Positions 38,504 through 49,295 of a stretch of DNA of 64,000 bases are shown one piece after another. A model generated the notes under the pieces. That model made no database searches. It saw only the letters and a list, made by a program, of their open reading frames with translations, and had not been told where the DNA came from. Source of the stretch: a virus (Duplodnaviria; Caudoviricetes); the IMG/VR virus record IMGVR_UViG_3300013382_000001, positions 1-64,000 of that record; one strand, 5' to 3'. Both the position numbers and the translations under genes were made by a program. The stretch's first letter is position 1; each line of letters opens with the position of its first letter.

Positions 38504-40405
38504 ATGCTTTTTCAACCTTCATATCCACAGCCCTATTTTTCCGATGTAGATGGCACAAAAGAATCTACATTTTCATGTTACATAAACGCAGATAGTAATA
38601 CTCAAGTATCTGCTTATCAATTAAAAATTAATAATTTGGGTGGCGATGAGGTTTATAGTTCGGGGCGTATTATTTTGCCGACATCCCTATATGGCAATCA
38701 GCAATTAAACATTAATTTGCCAATAGACCAATTGTCTAATGGGGAAGATTATACTTGGAGTGTAGATTTATATGAAGACGATGCCGATATATGGATAACA
38801 AGTGGAATTATGACATCATTTCCTGTTACGGGCACATCGTCAACTATGGATTTAAGAATTAACTCACTTATTGAAGTTGGAATGGTCGTTGCCAATAACA
38901 ATCAAAGAGCAATTATTACGGGTATCGATACAACTAGCAATGACTATATGAAAGTCACGATTAGTCCAACTATTGTGCTTAATTCTTCAAATCCGTCATA
39001 TACAATTTATGACAATAAGATTCAATCAAATGATTATTATTTTCGAGCAAGAACGACTCCAACTTTAACTTTAGAAGCAGTTCCACATCAAATTGCTTCA
39101 AAAGCGTATACTTTTAAGGCTAATTATTCTCAGCTTGAAAATGTGGGATATAAATATTTCGAGTGGACAATTTATGATTCGGTCGGAAACGCCCTAAATC
39201 AAAGTGGGCAAATCAATGTGGGTGAAATTATTTACACATTCGATGGTTTTTTAAATAATACAACTTATGGTATTGGTTTAACAGTAGAAAATCAAGATGG
39301 TACGGTAATGACATTGCAGCCGATATATTTTGATGTATTATATGATTTACCATCTCTTGAAAATACACCGAAAGCAGAGGTTGTTTGCAATAAAGATGCA
39401 ATTATGTTAACATGGAATCCGTTGCTTATTAACAACGGGGTGGCAACAAATACAAATGGTGATATATCACCATGGTATGACTTTGTAAATAATGAACCAT
39501 ACACAGGAGGCTCAAGTGTTAATATTCATCAAAATAGTTCTGTTTCGTGGGCAATAGGTTCTGAAAGTTCACCCGTTCTTATTCCTTATGAATCCACAAC
39601 TTATTTTTATTGGCACACAGCGGACATCAATTTTCGAGGGCTTGTATATGAACAAAAGGGCGAATATGTAAATTTATTAGCTATGAATACAATTGCCCCT
39701 ACTAGTGCAAGCAAAGGGGATAAATATTATAATCTCAAGGATATGCTGATATATACGGCTGTTGATACTAATATTTGGGGTATTACAGGTGAAAATCCGA
39801 AAAGTGAATTAATTTATTACTTATCTTCTAACAAGACAAAATATGTGTGGAATGGTGTCGATATGATAAATACCGATTATTCTGAACCCACTTATACAAT
39901 AAGATACAATGCAGGTATTTTTACTTATACAATCCATAATGGAGATGTTAATAAGACAGGACAAATTAAAGTTGCAGATGTTGGCGAACAATGGTTGTTA
40001 CAACCAAGAGACACACTTAAGACCGCAATGTATATATGGGACAGCAACAAAAAATGGGATGACACACTTTATTGGACGGAAACGACACAATCAACTTTAA
40101 CCGATAATTGGTTCAAAATAACTTTATTGCCGACAGAGATACAAATCAAAACTCTTGTCTCTAATACAATTACTTTTTATATCCGTGATAAATCGAGTCC
40201 ATTTTACGCAGATAGGGGAATGACTTGGGATACATGGGTTGAGAGTACATATAGTCAAGCCTATCTGGGAGATATAGAGTTTTCTGTTGATAAGATTAAA
40301 AATAAAGTTATAGCTACAACTCCAGCCGACGTTTGGTATATACAATATAATGACAATGATGTTACTCCATCTGATATCATTATTGATAAGGCTTTTTATA
40401 GTTAG
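38504..40405 (+). CDS. Baseplate/distal tail protein with FN3-like domains
   Basis: Beta-rich, LSNGEDYTW and FLNNTTYGIGLTV motifs; position. Confidence 0.6.
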   Translation: MLFQPSYPQPYFSDVDGTKESTFSCYINADSNTQVSAYQLKINNLGGDEVYSSGRIILPTSLYGNQQLNINLPIDQLSNGEDYTWSVDLYEDDADIWITSGIMTSFPVTGTSSTMDLRINSLIEVGMVVANNNQRAIITGIDTTSNDYMKVTISPTIVLNSSNPSYTIYDNKIQSNDYYFRARTTPTLTLEAVPHQIASKAYTFKANYSQLENVGYKYFEWTIYDSVGNALNQSGQINVGEIIYTFDGFLNNTTYGIGLTVENQDGTVMTLQPIYFDVLYDLPSLENTPKAEVVCNKDAIMLTWNPLLINNGVATNTNGDISPWYDFVNNEPYTGGSSVNIHQNSSVSWAIGSESSPVLIPYESTTYFYWHTADINFRGLVYEQKGEYVNLLAMNTIAPTSASKGDKYYNLKDMLIYTAVDTNIWGITGENPKSELIYYLSSNKTKYVWNGVDMINTDYSEPTYTIRYNAGIFTYTIHNGDVNKTGQIKVADVGEQWLLQPRDTLKTAMYIWDSNKKWDDTLYWTETTQSTLTDNWFKITLLPTEIQIKTLVSNTITFYIRDKSSPFYADRGMTWDTWVESTYSQAYLGDIEFSVDKIKNKVIATTPADVWYIQYNDNDVTPSDIIIDKAFYS

Positions 40406-40422
40406 AACTAAGGAGGTATTTT

Positions 40423-41277
40423 ATGACATTTTCATATAATAAAGCAACTTTATATGGACAGAGTTATGTTGATTACCTCTGGATTAAAAATAAAGTTGAC
40501 ACACAAACAGAAATAGATTCTACATTATCGTATACTTATAAACCCGCATGGGATAATGATACTTTGTTATTGGCAAATTTTGACAATACGTTAGGTGGAG
40601 GAAATATTCCATCTTTGACTGATAATATTCTTTATTGGCAAATCTACCGTAAACAACCGGAAGATACAACCTTAACTTTTGTGTGTAAAGTACCTGCATC
40701 ACAATATCGATTAATAGATTTTAATGTTTTAAATAATGCTGAATATCAATATACTATCTTTGCTGAAACCGAAACGACTATTTCTGCGCCATTTGAGCAA
40801 GTAGGTTATATTACAACAAATTGGTGGAATTGGTCGCTCGTGGGTTTGCAAGAAAGCGAGACAACAGGTTTATATTATGCCGACAATGATAATATTTGGT
40901 TGTTTGATACCGAATTAGCTAGCTCGGGTTTAGATCAAAATATTGCAAAATATGTTATGGATAATTTTACGCGTTATCCATCAATCTCAAGTGGTGTAAA
41001 AAATTATATGACAGGTTCGCTAACAGCATTTCTTAGTAATGTAGATGTAAAAGTTGGTAAATATGAAGATACGGTTGCTCAATACAATGCCTTTGTTACA
41101 TTTATTGCGCAGCCTACCCTAAAATTATTACGGGATAGAAAAGGTAATGGATGGATTGTTTCGACAACTGATGCTAATGCACAATACATTGATGAATCAC
41201 CACAACAAATTACGAGAGTGTCTTTTGGTTTTACACAATTAAATGATATAGATAGTATTAATATAATAGGAGGATAA
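40423..41277 (+). CDS. Distal-tail-like protein
   Basis: WQIYRK...DFNV.NN.EYQY; KLLRDRKG. Confidence 0.6.
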   Translation: MTFSYNKATLYGQSYVDYLWIKNKVDTQTEIDSTLSYTYKPAWDNDTLLLANFDNTLGGGNIPSLTDNILYWQIYRKQPEDTTLTFVCKVPASQYRLIDFNVLNNAEYQYTIFAETETTISAPFEQVGYITTNWWNWSLVGLQESETTGLYYADNDNIWLFDTELASSGLDQNIAKYVMDNFTRYPSISSGVKNYMTGSLTAFLSNVDVKVGKYEDTVAQYNAFVTFIAQPTLKLLRDRKGNGWIVSTTDANAQYIDESPQQITRVSFGFTQLNDIDSINIIGG

Positions 41278-41279
41278 GA

Positions 41280-42476
41280 ATGGCTGATATTAGCTTTAAT
41301 CAAATTAATCCCCAAAGATATATTACACTTGTAAAAGACCAAGCGATACGTCCACGTTTTCGCTTAAATTTACTATATCAAGATGAAAGTATTAGAGAAG
41401 ATATTACTCCTTATATTATTGATGGGTCGGGTAGCTTGCAAATTCAATATGCGCAAGGCAAACGCAGAAGTTTAAATTTTACCTTAAATAACGAAACAGG
41501 GCAATTTACTCCTGTGGATATGAATAGCAAAATATGGGTTAATACAAAATTTAAGCTTGAACTTGGTATGGAATTTGCAAATGGTGATATTGTATGGAAT
41601 AACGCAGGAATTTTTGTTGTTGGTAATCCAAGCGCAATAAGACAAGGTGGACAAACAACAATGGATATACAATGTTATGATAAATTTGCTTTGCTTGATG
41701 GAACACTCGGGGGCACTCTTGAAGCGACCTATGAAATTGATGCAGATGAAAAAATTTATAATATTGTAGTTGATACATTGACTCAAGATAATGGCAATGG
41801 TTATCCGATTGATTTAAAACCTGTTTTGTTTGATAATTCACTTATTGACGAAAAAACAGTTTACGCCTTATCTAAAGCTGCGAATGAATCGCTTGGGGCA
41901 ATTTTGATTGAACTTGCAGATATGATTGCTTGTGATATTTACTATAACGAAGAAGGAAATCTTGTAATTGATTCGGGAATCAAGGATATTGCTCAAGTGA
42001 ATAAACCTACACTTTGGACTTTTTCCGACGAAGAGTTTTCTTATATTTCTAATACCGTGACGTATGACTTTACGAAACTCCGCAATAGGGTAACGGTTGT
42101 AGGGTCAAATGTGAATGGTGATAATATATATGTAGCAACATCTGAGAATACCAACCCTCGTTCGTCAAGTAGAATTGAGGTTGTGGGGATTAGAAATTAT
42201 TATTTAGAAGATGCAAATATATATTCAGACTACTTGGCTCAATCAAGGGCTGATTATGAGCTTAACAAACTTTCAATATTGCAACAAACAATACAAATAT
42301 CAAGTACTTTTATGATACATTTAGATGTAAATAATTGTATTGCTCTTGAGGACAATTTCTTTAATTATTACGACTCAAGATTTATTATTCAATCAATTTC
42401 AATTCCTTTATCAACAAGGTCACAAATTTCGATTGAATGTACGAATATTGCAAGTTTACCATATTATCCAAGCTAA
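41280..42476 (+). CDS. Baseplate hub / tail protein
   Basis: RRSLNF, GIFVV, CYDKFALLDG, YYNEEGNL, HLDVN motifs. Confidence 0.7.
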   Translation: MADISFNQINPQRYITLVKDQAIRPRFRLNLLYQDESIREDITPYIIDGSGSLQIQYAQGKRRSLNFTLNNETGQFTPVDMNSKIWVNTKFKLELGMEFANGDIVWNNAGIFVVGNPSAIRQGGQTTMDIQCYDKFALLDGTLGGTLEATYEIDADEKIYNIVVDTLTQDNGNGYPIDLKPVLFDNSLIDEKTVYALSKAANESLGAILIELADMIACDIYYNEEGNLVIDSGIKDIAQVNKPTLWTFSDEEFSYISNTVTYDFTKLRNRVTVVGSNVNGDNIYVATSENTNPRSSSRIEVVGIRNYYLEDANIYSDYLAQSRADYELNKLSILQQTIQISSTFMIHLDVNNCIALEDNFFNYYDSRFIIQSISIPLSTRSQISIECTNIASLPYYPS

Positions 42477-42487
42477 AGGAGGATAAC

Positions 42488-42769
42488 ATGAATAATGAAG
42501 AAATGCAAACACTCATAGATATTATGAAGCAAGTTGCAAGAACAGAATGTAAAAAAATTCTAAAAGAAAATAATATAGAAACAATTATGTATGGAAAAGT
42601 TATCGCCTCCACAAGTAAAGGATATACAATTCAAATTGCAGGAGGCGATAAGCCATACACTGGTCTTAAAAATAAAAGCAATAGTTCTATTTCTATTGGA
42701 GATTCCGTTATTGTAAAAGCAATTAATGGAAACGCAGGAAATGGTTATATTGCAGTCAAAATGGGATAG
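42488..42769 (+). CDS. Small OB-fold spike-like protein
   Basis: GKVI...YTIQI...IGDSVIV; RBS AAGGAGG. Confidence 0.6.
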   Translation: MNNEEMQTLIDIMKQVARTECKKILKENNIETIMYGKVIASTSKGYTIQIAGGDKPYTGLKNKSNSSISIGDSVIVKAINGNAGNGYIAVKMG

Positions 42770-42783
42770 AAAGGAGGATTTAT

Positions 42784-43137
42784 ATGGCATGGACAAATAT
42801 TGCTAATGGCGATAATACAGGCGATATACTTAATAAGATTAATGGTATTGGGGCATACTTAGCAAGTGCAACAGAGATAATAGAAAATTATCAAATTCCA
42901 ACTTCTGCGTGGGTTAATGATTCAACTTATACAGATTTTCCATATAAAGCCGATATCCCATTTAGTGCTTGTACTCCTAATCATATCCCATATGTTCATT
43001 TTGGAATTGACCAAGAGATAAGTGGAAGTTATATTGGTGCTACAAGCGGAGATGGAAAGGTGAGTATATGGAGTGATAAGAAAGAATCTTTTATAATTCC
43101 ATATATATTACTTTTTGAAGGGAGTGATAATATATGA
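42784..43137 (+). CDS. Tail adaptor-like protein, paralogue 1
   Basis: IPTSAWV..FPYKADI...GKVSIWS...IIPYI; paralogous to 43134 and to C-terminus of 49296. Confidence 0.65.
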   Translation: MAWTNIANGDNTGDILNKINGIGAYLASATEIIENYQIPTSAWVNDSTYTDFPYKADIPFSACTPNHIPYVHFGIDQEISGSYIGATSGDGKVSIWSDKKESFIIPYILLFEGSDNI

Positions 43138-43493
43138 GTTTAGATTGGAAAAATATTGCAGATGGTGACATTGCAAGTTCGGTTAGAACGAAATTAAATA
43201 ACTTAGGGCAATATGCAAGTGATTTAATCTCAATTATTGAAAATACAACTATTCCAACTTCAACATGGGTTAGTGATACTACACATTCACCTTTAGCTTT
43301 TAAGGCAACGATTCGTATAAGTGACATAAGTAATACCGATATTGCAGTTATTCTTTTTTCACAAGTTGACCAATCAACCTACAATTATGCAGGAGGCGAA
43401 ACAGGGAATGGAATTCTTACGATTTACGCGCTTACAAAACCAACTGAAACAATTACAATTCCGCAAATCCTAGTATTTAAGGGGGTGTCATAA
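43134..43493 (+). CDS. Tail adaptor-like protein, paralogue 2
   Basis: IPTSTWV..AFKATI...GILTIYA..KPTETITIP. Confidence 0.65.
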   Translation: MSLDWKNIADGDIASSVRTKLNNLGQYASDLISIIENTTIPTSTWVSDTTHSPLAFKATIRISDISNTDIAVILFSQVDQSTYNYAGGETGNGILTIYALTKPTETITIPQILVFKGVS

Positions 43494-44815
43494 TGGCGAA
43501 TGGTTGGACAAATGCAAATAATTTTAAACCATGGACGCAATATGAATTTACTCCAGGAACAGAGGATATTATAATTCCGAAAGGTAGTTATTTAAGTCAG
43601 ACTATTAAAGTACATGGTGATTCAAATTATGCATCGTGTAATATTGTACAAGGTGAAAGTGTGGGCGATATTCCATATGGATCTGCAAATACACCTGTGC
43701 GCAATTTTCCATGTGGAGAATTTTATTCTAAAAACTCTTCTTTCCCATGTGGATGTATTGATATACAATATAATCAGTCGTTTCTTTCAACAAAAGAGGC
43801 TACCTTTAACAACCATGTCATAAAATGCGATGAAACGGGGGTTTATTGGATATTTATCGTCAACAGCAAAACAACAATCAATGATAAAAATGCATATAGA
43901 AGTGAAGATTCTGGAGCTACTTGGACTCCTATTCGGACACAGCTGGATGATCTTACTAAGAGTGCATTAGATTATGTAATAATTAATAATATAAATTATT
44001 GGCTTGTCTCTGGTGTTGATTGGATAGATGAAGATCCAACCGATACTGTATGCTCGTATTCAACTGATTACGGCAACACATGGGAAGTAGGTCGCTATGA
44101 TAAAAATGTAAAAGCATCATATTTTATAATAGGATGTCCCGGAAAAACAGATGAATTTCCATTTATGGGCATTATTAAGACTGTCGATAATCAAATCGAT
44201 ATTATACAATCCAGAGATTGCGAACAATGGACAAAAGTACAAACATTAACTGTTTCTGATACAACACAGCCATTAGACATGATATGGGATAAAAACCAAA
44301 AATGTTATTATATTTTAATGGCAGGCAACTTATATAAGAATGGTCAACTTATGAATATATCAATACCCGAATCCGATTTGGTAACACAAATAGTTTTGGG
44401 AAGAGAAACCGATCATTTGTATGCAGTAATACCCAATGGTTTATATGATATAAATACTACAACAAATGCAATTTCTGTGTCAAAAACTTTACAAGAGTAT
44501 TTGAGTAATATTGCTACACTCGGTATAAATCATACAGAATGGATAACTAGAGTGGAATATTTTAATTCGGTATTCTTTTTAATAGGAAGTTCTGAAACGC
44601 CTTACATACTAGAATATTGGGTAGAAGGTAGTTCGATAGGGCTTGTGTCAACATCGTTTGCATCTAATTGCTGTTGGATGCACGCGTCCAGCAACAAAAT
44701 ATATACTTCATATCGGGTATTGGTGCAGTCAATTTATGAAAGCGGTCGTTATCACTATCCGAGCAAATTTCCTATGTTAACACAGTGCGACATTACCATA
44801 AAAGGAGAGATATAA
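43493..44815 (+). CDS. Candidate receptor-binding protein (fibre motif + Asp-box propeller)
   Basis: MANGWTN; TPGTEDIIIPKGSYL...VHGDSN; YRSEDSGATW, YSTDYGNTW. Confidence 0.65.
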   Translation: MANGWTNANNFKPWTQYEFTPGTEDIIIPKGSYLSQTIKVHGDSNYASCNIVQGESVGDIPYGSANTPVRNFPCGEFYSKNSSFPCGCIDIQYNQSFLSTKEATFNNHVIKCDETGVYWIFIVNSKTTINDKNAYRSEDSGATWTPIRTQLDDLTKSALDYVIINNINYWLVSGVDWIDEDPTDTVCSYSTDYGNTWEVGRYDKNVKASYFIIGCPGKTDEFPFMGIIKTVDNQIDIIQSRDCEQWTKVQTLTVSDTTQPLDMIWDKNQKCYYILMAGNLYKNGQLMNISIPESDLVTQIVLGRETDHLYAVIPNGLYDINTTTNAISVSKTLQEYLSNIATLGINHTEWITRVEYFNSVFFLIGSSETPYILEYWVEGSSIGLVSTSFASNCCWMHASSNKIYTSYRVLVQSIYESGRYHYPSKFPMLTQCDITIKGEI

Positions 44816-46219
44816 ATGATAAGTAAATGTAATCTTAATCAATGTGCAAAAAAAATTTCAGGTATATCTTTTTATCCTACAAGAGAGACAACTTATGTGC
44901 CAGCTCGTTCTTCATATTTACAAGATAATGGTATAGTCAAAAAAGTTATTAATTTAAACACATTGAGTATTATTAAGAATAAAACAATTTTTGGTGTTTC
45001 AGGGAGTGTTCAGACTTATCAGTATAAAATTGCTTCTCACTCTTCATATGTAGGTGGTGTAACTGTCGCAGATTATAGCGTAATTCACAAGGGAGGAGAT
45101 ACAGAATATAGGAGTATTACCCCTATATCTCGTCAACCCCAACAAATATCTTTTTCTACAGCACCATGTTACCCCACAAAAATGGGGTGTGTTTTTTCTG
45201 ATTATATTACAAAGAACTTACAGCTTTTAGGAGTCAAAAATAATTATATATATATGCTCAATGATAATCAATGGATTATTTGTCAAATAAGAAATACAGA
45301 AACTTATACGTGGCAAAAAAACATAAACATAATTGATACTTCTACCATTAGAGCATACTGCGATGATACAGGTCTTTATTTGTATGCTGATAATATTTTA
45401 AGGAAATACGCCGTTGATGATGGTAATGTAACATGGACAAAACAAATGGCTATAGATTATTTCAAAGTTACTCAGGATAGTATCGTTATTGCTTTATCTG
45501 CTAATAATGTGTATTATATTGATTCAAATTCGGGCAATATATTACATACCTACAAACAATCCTTTTTTTCTGTTGGTAGAGATAACATATCCATTGATTG
45601 GATTTCGGGTTATGTGGTCATGCATAATATCTCTAACAACAATCAAGCATATAGAGTCATTGTCCTTAATAAAGATGGTGAGGTTTTGTATAATTTAACA
45701 AGTGGGTTTCCATTTCTCTATGATAACATACAAACAATTGCGATTTTATCAAATCAAAAACTGGTTGTCGTTTATAAAGCTATAGATACATATGGTAATA
45801 TAACACACACGATGGGGGCATTAATAACCTTGTCAACATTAACATATACTCTTTTAGACTATGATTATACGCCTTATCAAACGATTTGTAGCGACGACAT
45901 TCAGGAAGTGGTTTCTCCAAATGGTAATGGCATATATACTGTTTTGTCTACAGGTTCGGCTACTGGTTTGGAAAATAAAATTATAGTTACGAGAATGCAA
46001 ATTACAAACGGTAGAGCAGGATTCAATCAAATATTAGAGAATAAGGTTACACAAAATCTACCTTTTATGCCTTCTTGCTGTTTTGATAACAACAAAATAT
46101 ATTATATTGCAAATGACGAAGCTAATTCACAAACAAATCGAATTATGGGGATGTGTGATAATTATGGCTGTGCAACATATTTTATAGATACTGTTTATAT
46201 ATTAGATAGATATGATTAA
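44816..46219 (+). CDS. Candidate receptor-binding protein (fibre motif + beta-propeller)
   Basis: MISKCN; PTRETTYVP..SYL...NKTIFGVSG; propeller-like repeats (DDGNVTW). Confidence 0.6.
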   Translation: MISKCNLNQCAKKISGISFYPTRETTYVPARSSYLQDNGIVKKVINLNTLSIIKNKTIFGVSGSVQTYQYKIASHSSYVGGVTVADYSVIHKGGDTEYRSITPISRQPQQISFSTAPCYPTKMGCVFSDYITKNLQLLGVKNNYIYMLNDNQWIICQIRNTETYTWQKNINIIDTSTIRAYCDDTGLYLYADNILRKYAVDDGNVTWTKQMAIDYFKVTQDSIVIALSANNVYYIDSNSGNILHTYKQSFFSVGRDNISIDWISGYVVMHNISNNNQAYRVIVLNKDGEVLYNLTSGFPFLYDNIQTIAILSNQKLVVVYKAIDTYGNITHTMGALITLSTLTYTLLDYDYTPYQTICSDDIQEVVSPNGNGIYTVLSTGSATGLENKIIVTRMQITNGRAGFNQILENKVTQNLPFMPSCCFDNNKIYYIANDEANSQTNRIMGMCDNYGCATYFIDTVYILDRYD

Positions 46220-46238
46220 ATAGCAAGGGGGTAAATAT

Positions 46239-46598
46239 ATGATTGGATTCTAGTTTGTTGTCTACGGCTCTGCCACTAAACAGTGAAACTGTAGAACTAC
46301 CTGCGTATGACGCGGATATCAAACCGAATACCTTTGTGTCGATTGCAGATACGCAAGCAGATTCTTGGATTACAGAGCTTCAAGACAACACAATAGTAGA
46401 AGACAGTAGCTCTAATGATGCAACGCAAGCACAATTTTTCAGTATAGACACAACGCATTTTGCATTGATGTATTTCACAAACAGTTATACATTGTAAAAA
46501 TTGCAAAGGTCAATACAGACGGAACATGTGAAATTATACACACCTTCTCTGACAACAGTAGTTATAATTACACAAACAAAATAGATGAAGTAGAATAG
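46239..46598 (+). pseudogene. Decayed receptor-binding gene remnant
   Basis: RBS + ATG ATT GGA TTC TAG; shifted frames continue (46243-46497, then to TAG 46598). Confidence 0.55.
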
Positions 46599-46607
46599 GA
46601 GGAAAAA

Positions 46608-47021
46608 ATGTCATGCGTAAATTTACTTATTAGCCACAATATAATCATTCAAGGTTCAACCCCAACTCTCTGTCTTCACCTTGATTATGATATATCAGAC
46701 CCACAGACAGAGGAAGAGGCAGAATATAAAGATTATTATGACACGACCGTAATTATCAAATATAGCCTTACTGATTATCTTTATTATACATCTCAAAACG
46801 ACCTCACAATTCTGCCCGATGTTATTGATGAAGAATCATGTTCGTGTGAGTGTCAACAAGGATGCACGATTTTTCTTGATTTATCTCAAGAAGATACAAT
46901 TAAATTCAAGAAGCAAATTTATATACAAGTTATTGCCAAGAATAAAAATAGCGGAGCTGTGTTGGAAACATTTGAAGTTCCGATTAATATATGTAGAAAA
47001 TTAGATAGGAAGGTGATATAG
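46608..47021 (+). CDS. BppU-like baseplate upper protein fragment
   Basis: IIQGSTPT...LSQEDT.KF....IQV motif. Confidence 0.55.
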   Translation: MSCVNLLISHNIIIQGSTPTLCLHLDYDISDPQTEEEAEYKDYYDTTVIIKYSLTDYLYYTSQNDLTILPDVIDEESCSCECQQGCTIFLDLSQEDTIKFKKQIYIQVIAKNKNSGAVLETFEVPINICRKLDRKVI

Positions 47022-47383
47022 TGGGAAATTGTAATTGTGGGTCAAATACAACGAATATGTGTATTCCCAATAAGCCTCTAAATGATTCATACAATTATAA
47101 TAATTTACGAAATAAACCCGAAATCAATGGTGTTTCCCTTATGGGAAAACAGACATCGGTTGATTTAGGGCTTTATGGGGAAGGAAATCCCGAAACATAT
47201 GCATTTGAACAGAAAGTTGCAAGTGCGCTCTGGCACATTGAACATAATTTGAAAAAGTTTCCAAGTGTAACTGTTGCTGATTCCGCAGGTAATATTGTAG
47301 TCGGTGAAGTTATATATATAGATGAGGGAGCTTTAGAGATTGCTTTTAGTGGTGCTTTTAGTGGCATTTGTTATTTAAACTAA
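47021..47383 (+). CDS. Tail fibre-associated protein
   Basis: YNNLRNKPEINGVSL; WHIEHNL.KFPSVTV...FSG..YLN. Confidence 0.7.
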   Translation: MGNCNCGSNTTNMCIPNKPLNDSYNYNNLRNKPEINGVSLMGKQTSVDLGLYGEGNPETYAFEQKVASALWHIEHNLKKFPSVTVADSAGNIVVGEVIYIDEGALEIAFSGAFSGICYLN

Positions 47384-47407
47384 TTTTTATTTAGGAGGAA
47401 ACCCCTT

Positions 47408-49273
47408 ATGAAATTTTTAACATCTATTAACTTATTACAGAACGAATTACAAAATGCAGTTATTCAACCTTTAGCTGTTGCACCAGAAAACCCAGTTGAG
47501 GGTCAAATTTATTATAATTCTACAAAGAAAACTCTCGAACAGTATGATGGAGCTAATTGGAATGTAGTAGGTAAAGAATATACATTACCGACAGCAAGTG
47601 CTGACGTTCTTGGTGGTATCAAAGTTGGTGCAGGATTACAGATTTCTGACCAAGGCACTCTTTCCACAACTGGTGGCGGTGTTGCTGATTCCGTTGAATG
47701 GACAGGCGTACTTGATACACCGACCGATTTAGCAGGATATGGAATTACTGACGCTAAGATTGAAAATGGTGTAATCACATTAGGTAAAACCACAATTACA
47801 CCTGTAACAACTGTAAATGGTAAGACTGGCAATACAGTTACACTTACAGCTGCGGATGTTAAGGCACTTGCTGATGATACTACTTATGTGGAATCTGTTG
47901 ACGGACAAAGTGGAGTAGTTACGACAAATGCTGTTAAGTATACAACTCAAACTTTAACTGATGAACAGAAGCAACAGGCAAGAACAAATATCGGAGCAGG
48001 AACTTCGAGCTTTGATGGCGATTATAATAGCTTATCTAACACGCCAACTATCGATACAGCTTTAAGTGCAACTTCTACGAACGCTGTTGAAAACAAAGCT
48101 GTGACAGCTGAACTTAACAAGAAATATGATGAAACTAATCAACCACCATATCCTGTAACAAGTGTAGCTGGTAAGACTGGTGCAGTTACGCTTGCTAAAG
48201 GCGATGTTGGTTTAGGTAATGTTGCAAATGTTCTCCAATATTCTGCTGATAACGAACCGCCTTATCCTGTAACAAGTGTTGATGGTGAAACGGGTGCGGT
48301 TGTACTGAGCGATGTTAAGTATACAGAACAGACTTTAAGTGAAGCTCAGAAGACTCAAGCAAGAACTAATATTGGTGCAGGCACAAGCTCCTTCTCTGGC
48401 AGTTATAATGACTTAGATGATAAGCCAACTGTTGATACTGCTATGAGTGCAGACTCCACAAATGCAGTTCAGAACAAGGTTATCAAAGCTTATGTTGATG
48501 GTATTGTAGCAGCAAGCCAAGGTATTGTTTATAAGGGAACAATTAATAAGACGGATGATATTCCTACAACTTATAATGTTGGCGACCTCTATATGATTGC
48601 AACCGCAGGTACTTATGTAGGACAAGTATGTGAAGTTGGAGATTTGATGATTGCTGTTGTAGAAAGGAAAGGTACAGGTAACCAAAATTCTGACTGGGAT
48701 GTTATTCAGACGAATATTGATGGTGCAATCACTGAAATTACTGGTGACGCTCCGATTTCTGTAACTGGAACAGGTGCAAGTAGAGAAATTGCTCTTGCTG
48801 ATTCTGGTGTAACAACTGGTGGATATGGTGATACTGCTAATCAAACTCCTGCATTTGGTGCAACATTCAAAGTTCCAAGCTTTACAGTTGACCAATATGG
48901 TAGATTGACAGCAGCAGGTGAACACACAGTAACCATTCCGGCAACTGTTGCAACAGATACGGTAGCAGGTATTATGAGTGCCGCAGACCACAAGAAATTA
49001 ACTAATGGTCTTGCTGATATTGGAACATTAAAAACTGATGTAGAGACACTTAAGGGCAAAGATGTAACTAAATATGTTGTTACTATTCCAACAGGACAAA
49101 CAACTGCAACTGCTACGATTGCGGAAAGTGTTGATGTTCTTTCTGTGATCGCTACAAATAATACAACAGGTGAAGAAGTAATGATTGATAGTTCTGTAAG
49201 TGGCACAACATTTACAGCTTCTATTGCTAAATCTGTTGGTTATGCTGTAAAGGTAGTTGTTACTGTATTATAA
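47408..49273 (+). CDS. Tail fibre protein with internal repeats
   Basis: YTLPTAS..LGGIKVG; two QTL..QK.QARTNIGAGTSSF.G.YN.L repeats; PPYPVTSV repeats. Confidence 0.8.
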   Translation: MKFLTSINLLQNELQNAVIQPLAVAPENPVEGQIYYNSTKKTLEQYDGANWNVVGKEYTLPTASADVLGGIKVGAGLQISDQGTLSTTGGGVADSVEWTGVLDTPTDLAGYGITDAKIENGVITLGKTTITPVTTVNGKTGNTVTLTAADVKALADDTTYVESVDGQSGVVTTNAVKYTTQTLTDEQKQQARTNIGAGTSSFDGDYNSLSNTPTIDTALSATSTNAVENKAVTAELNKKYDETNQPPYPVTSVAGKTGAVTLAKGDVGLGNVANVLQYSADNEPPYPVTSVDGETGAVVLSDVKYTEQTLSEAQKTQARTNIGAGTSSFSGSYNDLDDKPTVDTAMSADSTNAVQNKVIKAYVDGIVAASQGIVYKGTINKTDDIPTTYNVGDLYMIATAGTYVGQVCEVGDLMIAVVERKGTGNQNSDWDVIQTNIDGAITEITGDAPISVTGTGASREIALADSGVTTGGYGDTANQTPAFGATFKVPSFTVDQYGRLTAAGEHTVTIPATVATDTVAGIMSAADHKKLTNGLADIGTLKTDVETLKGKDVTKYVVTIPTGQTTATATIAESVDVLSVIATNNTTGEEVMIDSSVSGTTFTASIAKSVGYAVKVVVTVL

Positions 49274-49295
49274 TATGACTTAAAAAGGAGGGTCT

